A stretch of 64,000 bases of DNA, taken from positions 29,013-93,012 of IMG/VR virus record IMGVR_UViG_3300033069_000976; one strand, given 5' to 3'. Positions 59,003 through 64,000 of the stretch are shown piece after piece. The notes below the pieces were generated by a model that saw only the letters and a program-made list of their open reading frames with translations, made no database searches and had not been told where the DNA came from. Position 1 is the first letter of the stretch; each line of letters opens with the position of its first letter. The DNA comes from a virus (Duplodnaviria; Heunggongvirae; Uroviricota; Caudoviricetes; Crassvirales). The position numbers and the translations under genes are program-made.

Positions 59003-59232
59003 AGAGTAAAGAACAGAAGTTAATAGATATATGTTTTTCATTATGTATATCTCAACTTATAGATATGAAGAAGTATCCCGAAATATGGAAAAATAAATCT
59101 ATACCAGAAGTAGCTGAATGGATTACTGATCAATTAAAACAATGTGGTTTTGAAACTTTTCCAATAGGTTCTTCATGGGGAGTATTAATAGAGGATAAAG
59201 ATTTACTAAAAAAATTAAAGGGGGGAATATGA
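58999..59232 (+). CDS. Small protein (77 aa)
   Basis: ORF with a 4-nt overlap. Confidence 0.4.
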   Translation: MKSKEQKLIDICFSLCISQLIDMKKYPEIWKNKSIPEVAEWITDQLKQCGFETFPIGSSWGVLIEDKDLLKKLKGGI

Positions 59233-59837
59233 ATATAACATTAGAAAAATACATAAAAGTACTTAATGCAGGATTTTCACTGGATATACTGTATTTGTTA
59301 AAACTTATTAAAGATAAAGTAGATATAACAGATGCTATCCTTCTTCCTAAAATAGGAGCTATTAACCAGATGTTATTAAGAAAACAATTAATAACTGAAG
59401 ACAATCAGGTTACTATGTCTGGAGAAGAGTTATTGTCTTATATGGAAGACGATGGAAACCCTAAAGAGTTAGTTAAGAGGTTGAAAACCAATGATTTTGA
59501 GAAGTGGTGGGTTACTTATCCTGCAACAAACATGTTTGTTTATAAGAATAAGACCTTTAAAGGTACTCAAAGTAAAAGAGTTAAGAAGCTGGATTGTAAA
59601 CAATTGTTTAACAAGTACATTAATGAAGGTTTTACTGCTGATGATATAATAAATGCTACTGAATATCATATTCAAATGGCAAAGGATTTATCTTTTAAAA
59701 AAGGAGAAAATCAGATAAGTTTTATAGGTAATTCCTATAGATATTTAAATGAGAAGATGTTTCAACCTTTTATTGAGATTTACAAACAAAATATTAACAA
59801 ACAACCTGAACAGGTTGGAAATGCTGTAGATATATGA
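59229..59837 (+). CDS. Hypothetical protein (202 aa)
   Basis: ORF. Confidence 0.5.
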   Translation: MNITLEKYIKVLNAGFSLDILYLLKLIKDKVDITDAILLPKIGAINQMLLRKQLITEDNQVTMSGEELLSYMEDDGNPKELVKRLKTNDFEKWWVTYPATNMFVYKNKTFKGTQSKRVKKLDCKQLFNKYINEGFTADDIINATEYHIQMAKDLSFKKGENQISFIGNSYRYLNEKMFQPFIEIYKQNINKQPEQVGNAVDI

Positions 59838-60127
59838 AATATACAATAGAATATCTAAAAAGACACCCAGTAGCTGTTAGTTGTGTAACTGAGGAACAAT
59901 TTTTAAAAGTTACTAAATTATTAGAATTATCTTTTGCTGGTAGAACAGATTATTGGGAATCTTACAAAGAAAGAACTAAGGTTAGTTACACTTTTAGGAC
60001 TGGTGGACCAATTCCTCATCCAATAGGAGATGATTGCTATGGTTCTAATTTTGATGGGTTTGATATTATATCAGCAGAAACACTTTTTTTAGATAATCAA
60101 ATTTTTGAAAATTATGAGATATACTAA
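59834..60127 (+). CDS. -EIY family small protein (97 aa; MKYTIEYL…ENYEIY)
   Basis: ORF. Confidence 0.5.
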   Translation: MKYTIEYLKRHPVAVSCVTEEQFLKVTKLLELSFAGRTDYWESYKERTKVSYTFRTGGPIPHPIGDDCYGSNFDGFDIISAETLFLDNQIFENYEIY

Positions 60128-60347
60128 AGATAATATAAACGGAGTTACTTTTAGAGTAGGAGAGCGAGGTACTGCCATATACATAATAGATCCTAATTAT
60201 AAAGATACCAGAAGCTTGTCAAGAGTAAGTGGACATTCTGTAGAAAGTATATTACGAGAATTAAATAGTAATAACTGGATTGAAGTTATACAAGTTGATG
60301 GGGAATGGGTAAAAGGACAAAAATTTTTAGAACCTGAAATATACTAA
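60105..60347 (+). CDS. -EIY family small protein (80 aa; MRYTKDNI…LEPEIY)
   Basis: Start embedded in the upstream NYEIY-stop. Confidence 0.5.
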   Translation: MKIMRYTKDNINGVTFRVGERGTAIYIIDPNYKDTRSLSRVSGHSVESILRELNSNNWIEVIQVDGEWVKGQKFLEPEIY

Positions 60348-60348
60348 T

Positions 60349-60576
60349 ATGTTAACAAAAAAAGATATAGGTAAGAAAATAGTTATGTTTAGAAAAATAG
60401 AAGACAAAGACTGGGGAATGATTAGTAAAATAAAAGTAAGATGTAAAGTAGGAGAGCCTGTTACACTCAAACATATAGCAATAAATAACCAATTTAGTAG
60501 TTTACACACAGATAAAGACGGTTATTACCCTGCTCATTGTTTTAAATTATTTGAAGAACCTTACGAAATTTATTAA
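60349..60576 (+). CDS. -EIY family small protein (75 aa; …EPYEIY)
   Basis: ORF. Confidence 0.5.
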   Translation: MLTKKDIGKKIVMFRKIEDKDWGMISKIKVRCKVGEPVTLKHIAINNQFSSLHTDKDGYYPAHCFKLFEEPYEIY

Positions 60577-60578
60577 TT

Positions 60579-60782
60579 ATGGAAAGATTTAAAAGAATAG
60601 ATAAGAGTATTTCTGCTCATTGTTGTTTTGCATATTCAATAGTAGATACCAAAGATGGTCTTGAAGATTTTGGAAAACCAGAAGATAATTACTGGAAAAC
60701 AACAGTATGTGAGTGTTTTGAAGAAGAACATGCTGATATGATTGTTAAAGCTTTAAATGAATTATATGAAAAAGAAATATGA
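60579..60782 (+). CDS. Small protein (67 aa), Cys-containing
   Basis: ORF. Confidence 0.4.
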   Translation: MERFKRIDKSISAHCCFAYSIVDTKDGLEDFGKPEDNYWKTTVCECFEEEHADMIVKALNELYEKEI

Positions 60783-60960
60783 TCTTTTACTTAAAAAGCT
60801 AAAAGAAGATAAAAAAATGTGGATGTCCAGATTAACTACTACTTGTGATGTACATCTAGTAATGGATAAAGAATTTAAAGCTTATACAGAAGAGCTTATT
60901 AGTAACATTATAAGAGTTAATAATCAAATCTATACTCTTGAAAAACTTACAGAAAAATGA
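60757..60960 (+). CDS. Small protein (67 aa)
   Basis: ORF. Confidence 0.4.
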   Translation: MNYMKKKYDLLLKKLKEDKKMWMSRLTTTCDVHLVMDKEFKAYTEELISNIIRVNNQIYTLEKLTEK

Positions 60961-61379
60961 AAAAATTAGAACCTAGGATAATTTGTAATAGAATACAAAC
61001 TCCAGATGGTACAATATTAATATCTCACCATAGACATGATTATCAGACTTATACAGATAAGAATGGATTAGAGTATATGGTAGATGGGGGACAAGATTAT
61101 TTAAGAAGAAATGTTCATTATGAAGCTCCTCATACTGAATTATCAGTATATGATACAGCTCTTTTTGAAGAAATAAGGAAAGTATTTCATAGAGGAGGAA
61201 GAGGAAAAGATGGTAGACAACCTTTAACTTGGATTCCTTTAGATCAGATGTCTGATGAATGGGTAAAAGCTTGTATTGTATATAATAAAGAAAGAGGGTT
61301 AAATAAATCCTTTGCAAGTAAAATGTATAGAAAAGAACTTAAATATCGTAAAGAAAACAATATAAAAATTCAAGAATGA
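60957..61379 (+). CDS. Hypothetical protein (140 aa)
   Basis: ORF. Confidence 0.5.
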   Translation: MKKLEPRIICNRIQTPDGTILISHHRHDYQTYTDKNGLEYMVDGGQDYLRRNVHYEAPHTELSVYDTALFEEIRKVFHRGGRGKDGRQPLTWIPLDQMSDEWVKACIVYNKERGLNKSFASKMYRKELKYRKENNIKIQE

Positions 61380-61517
61380 ACATTCTACAATACATAGAAG
61401 AAGAAAAATACTATCTTAAAGACACTAAAGAAGGAAAAAGATGGTATTCTACTAAAAACAGAGGTTTATATGATAAACCAGCTCCTGTATTTACTCATGA
61501 AGAATTAATTAAAAAAT

Positions 61518-61736
61518 ATGAAAAAGAGTCAAATAAAGAATAAAATCCTAAATTTATCAGAAGATGAGGCTAAAGATATGTTACAGAGAGTAATAGAAGA
61601 TAGTTATACAATTGTTCAGTGGCCTGAAAGTCAGGATTTAATGGAAAAATCCTGGTTTAAAAAGGAAGCTGTTCTTGATATAAGTCAGATTCATGGCTCA
61701 AGTGCCTATTTTGTCCCAACTTTTAAAATTCTTTAA
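61518..61736 (+). CDS. Small protein (72 aa)
   Basis: ORF. Confidence 0.4.
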   Translation: MKKSQIKNKILNLSEDEAKDMLQRVIEDSYTIVQWPESQDLMEKSWFKKEAVLDISQIHGSSAYFVPTFKIL

Positions 61737-61737
61737 T

Positions 61738-62403
61738 ATGAAATTAACAATAATACAAACACCCGATTATATATTGGGTGTAGATAAAGAAGCTATCTTA
61801 CGTGATGAAGATATTCACATATCTCCAATAAGAGAAGGGATAATGAATACCTTTATTATAGATAATAAGATAGGAAACGATAATTATAAATCAAAACCAT
61901 TAGATAGAAAAGATTGCTGGAAAGTAATAGCACATACTCCTCTTAATGGTAATAAAGGATTAGAAGGAGTTTGGTCGTTACCTGAGTTTGAATCTCTTGA
62001 TTACGAGTTTGATAGGAAATTTATGTTCCCTAAAATATCTCCTATAATTGAAAGATTGAGAAAAACAGACTATGAGGCTTTTTTAGATATAGGTGGCAAA
62101 TTATATGATGCTTGTTTTGATTTTTACAAATCTTCAGGTAGTTATACTGAGGAAGATATGAGGAAAGCTATTGTAATGGCTGTTACAAGTAAAACAGATT
62201 TTATCCCTGATATGTGTAATGAAATTATACAATCACTAAAACCATTTCCAATAGAGTTTGAAGTGGAGATGGAGGAATATGGTTATGAACCTGTTATTGG
62301 AAAATTTCCTAATTATGAAGTTAATCCAAATCCAAAATTATTTAGACCAAAAATACTTAACAATATTATTCAAGGTAAATATATTTGGAAGCAATTAAAC
62401 TAA
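61738..62403 (+). CDS. Hypothetical protein (about 221 aa from MKLTIIQT; the track ORF starts at 61693)
   Basis: ORF. Confidence 0.45.
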   Translation: MKLTIIQTPDYILGVDKEAILRDEDIHISPIREGIMNTFIIDNKIGNDNYKSKPLDRKDCWKVIAHTPLNGNKGLEGVWSLPEFESLDYEFDRKFMFPKISPIIERLRKTDYEAFLDIGGKLYDACFDFYKSSGSYTEEDMRKAIVMAVTSKTDFIPDMCNEIIQSLKPFPIEFEVEMEEYGYEPVIGKFPNYEVNPNPKLFRPKILNNIIQGKYIWKQLN

Positions 62404-62409
62404 TTTAAT

Positions 62410-62754
62410 ATGACAATAATTGAAAAAAATATTGAGATAGCTGAAATGATTGGATGGAAAAAGGGCATGTTAGGAGAATTTGTAAAATCTGATACTAAAG
62501 CTGATAAAGAAGGAATGGTTAATATTATACCACCTTTTGGATTAAAATTCGATACAGATGCTAACTGGCAGTTTGAAGCGATTGATTGGGTGGAAAAACA
62601 AGGTTATCCAGTAACTGTATGTCAAGAATATTGTCAGATTGATACTAACTATCAACCCTATAATGAAATTATAGGTTGTGAAGGAAAAAACAAGAAAGAA
62701 GCAATATTTAAAGCACTATTTCAGTTCTCTCAATACTTAAAACAAAAGAAATGA
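62410..62754 (+). CDS. Hypothetical protein (114 aa)
   Basis: ORF. Confidence 0.45.
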   Translation: MTIIEKNIEIAEMIGWKKGMLGEFVKSDTKADKEGMVNIIPPFGLKFDTDANWQFEAIDWVEKQGYPVTVCQEYCQIDTNYQPYNEIIGCEGKNKKEAIFKALFQFSQYLKQKK

Positions 62755-62948
62755 AAAAAAAAGAAAAATAAACAAAGGTCTTTTACATGAAGCAATGGAT
62801 AGAATTTCAATTATTAATGCAAATCTAAATGATTATGTAATTAATAATAAAGAAGTTAAGAAATTAGTAAAGAAAAAGATTGAGAAAGCTATGGATAAAC
62901 TAAGTGAAGCGTATCAAGAATTAGGACAGCATATGTAAAATAAAAGAA

Positions 62949-63218
62949 ATGAACATAAAAGAAATAGCTTTACAGAAGAAAGCAGAGTATGAAAATGACT
63001 ATACAGCATGGTGTGTAAGTAATCCAGGAAAAATAATGAATGGATTATCTAGCATGGCTATAGGAGCTGAACTTGCTTCTTATTGTGATACAAAAGAAGA
63101 TTTGGGTACTCTTATTAAGGTATATAGTGGAAAGGCTGCTAATGCCACTGGTCCACATGGTCATAAGTTTTTAGTTGATGCATTTAAGGAAATATTAGAA
63201 ATATACAATAATGAATAA
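62949..63218 (+). CDS. Small protein (89 aa)
   Basis: ORF. Confidence 0.45.
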   Translation: MNIKEIALQKKAEYENDYTAWCVSNPGKIMNGLSSMAIGAELASYCDTKEDLGTLIKVYSGKAANATGPHGHKFLVDAFKEILEIYNNE

Positions 63219-63921
63219 GTTAAACACTCTCAGAGATGAGAAAGCAGACGAACTTTATGAACAATTATCCAATGGAGAAAAAGACTCCCATCCATCAATG
63301 AGTGTGGAACGAAATAAATATAAATACTTAATTGAAAGGAAGGATACAAATGAATGGTATTGTATAAATATTACTGGGTATTATGGTACTACTTACGAAG
63401 GAGAAACATTTGGGGAAATCCCCGATAAAAAAAATGATTGGACAAACAATGCGAACGATGCACTTCAATTCAATAGCAGACAAGAAGCGGAGCTGTTTAT
63501 TAAAGGACAGGAATATTTACACGATGTATTACATTTCGACTGTGAAATAACAGAACATGAGTTTATTTCGGAAAATGCAAATCCCTCTCCATCGCCAATA
63601 ACCCAAACTACTACTTCAATGAGTGCGGAGCAGGGATTGTGCAGATGGATTAAGGCAAGTGAAAGGTTGCCTGGTATAGGTAAGGTTGTTTTAGTGAAAT
63701 ATTTTGACATCTATCAGGAATTGTACTATAAAAATAAAGTATGGTTTGTAAAAGGAACTAACCTTGTAGCTTATTCAGAGTGCTTTAGCTTACAACTTGA
63801 ATGGCTTGAAACACTTTCCACCGCCCCAACGGTAAAGGCAGATGGTAGAAAGCCATATAATGAAGATGGCACATGTAAAAAGTGCGGTGGCAATCAATGT
63901 GATTCAGATAGCCATAAATAA
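63211..63921 (+). CDS. Hypothetical protein (236 aa) with a C-terminal Cys cluster (CKKCGGNQCDSDSH)
   Basis: ORF. Confidence 0.5.
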   Translation: MNKLNTLRDEKADELYEQLSNGEKDSHPSMSVERNKYKYLIERKDTNEWYCINITGYYGTTYEGETFGEIPDKKNDWTNNANDALQFNSRQEAELFIKGQEYLHDVLHFDCEITEHEFISENANPSPSPITQTTTSMSAEQGLCRWIKASERLPGIGKVVLVKYFDIYQELYYKNKVWFVKGTNLVAYSECFSLQLEWLETLSTAPTVKADGRKPYNEDGTCKKCGGNQCDSDSHK

Positions 63922-64000
63922 TAATCCCCACCGATAACAGAATAAGATAAACAAGTAAGTATTATATAACCAAATTAAACAATAAATGGTATGAAAGCAA

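Noticed and set aside
54460-60576. CRISPR-like array suggested by the regularly recurring 15-nt TATGAAATATATTAA units
   Set aside because: The repeats are gene junctions at irregular spacing (180-310 nt), inside coding sequence, and vary at wobble positions. It is not a repeat-spacer array.

Overview
The window reads as a tailed dsDNA phage genome segment. It is AT-rich, and Thr-rich linkers plus lipoprotein-like signals suggest a Bacteroidota-type host; the host call is inference. The segment has a divergent two-block architecture. The 1..44841 block is almost entirely minus-strand. It holds a morphogenesis and virion operon: a large terminase interrupted by a LAGLIDADG intein in its P-loop, portal, candidate scaffold, candidate major capsid, a set of mosaic Cys/Thr-rich tail fibers (one with a tail-collar domain), and a metallophosphoesterase-like protein. 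A ferritin-like gene is embedded between giant virion proteins of 850 to more than 1776 aa, one with a lytic-transglycosylase domain and one with HExxH. Upstream on the same strand is a cluster of small genes including a SAM-methyltransferase and two NUMOD4/HNH homing endonucleases. The 45054..64000 block is plus-strand and holds more than 45 small early-type genes, a tRNA-Cys(GCA), several intrinsic terminators and at least three ORF-free, relatively GC-rich stretches that look like structured RNAs. The most unusual signal is an array of about 18 small divergent genes (51.4-60.6 kb) whose products all end in the C-terminal peptide Y/x-E-I/L-Y-COOH. The stop and start junctions often form a 15-nt dual-coding module (TATGAAATATAYTAA) that also specifies the next gene's N-terminus, MKY(I/T)K. 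The 45.5-46.4 kb control region carries three phased TTGATTATCAA palindromes and a recurring CTTAAATAGCATTA box in front of gene starts.
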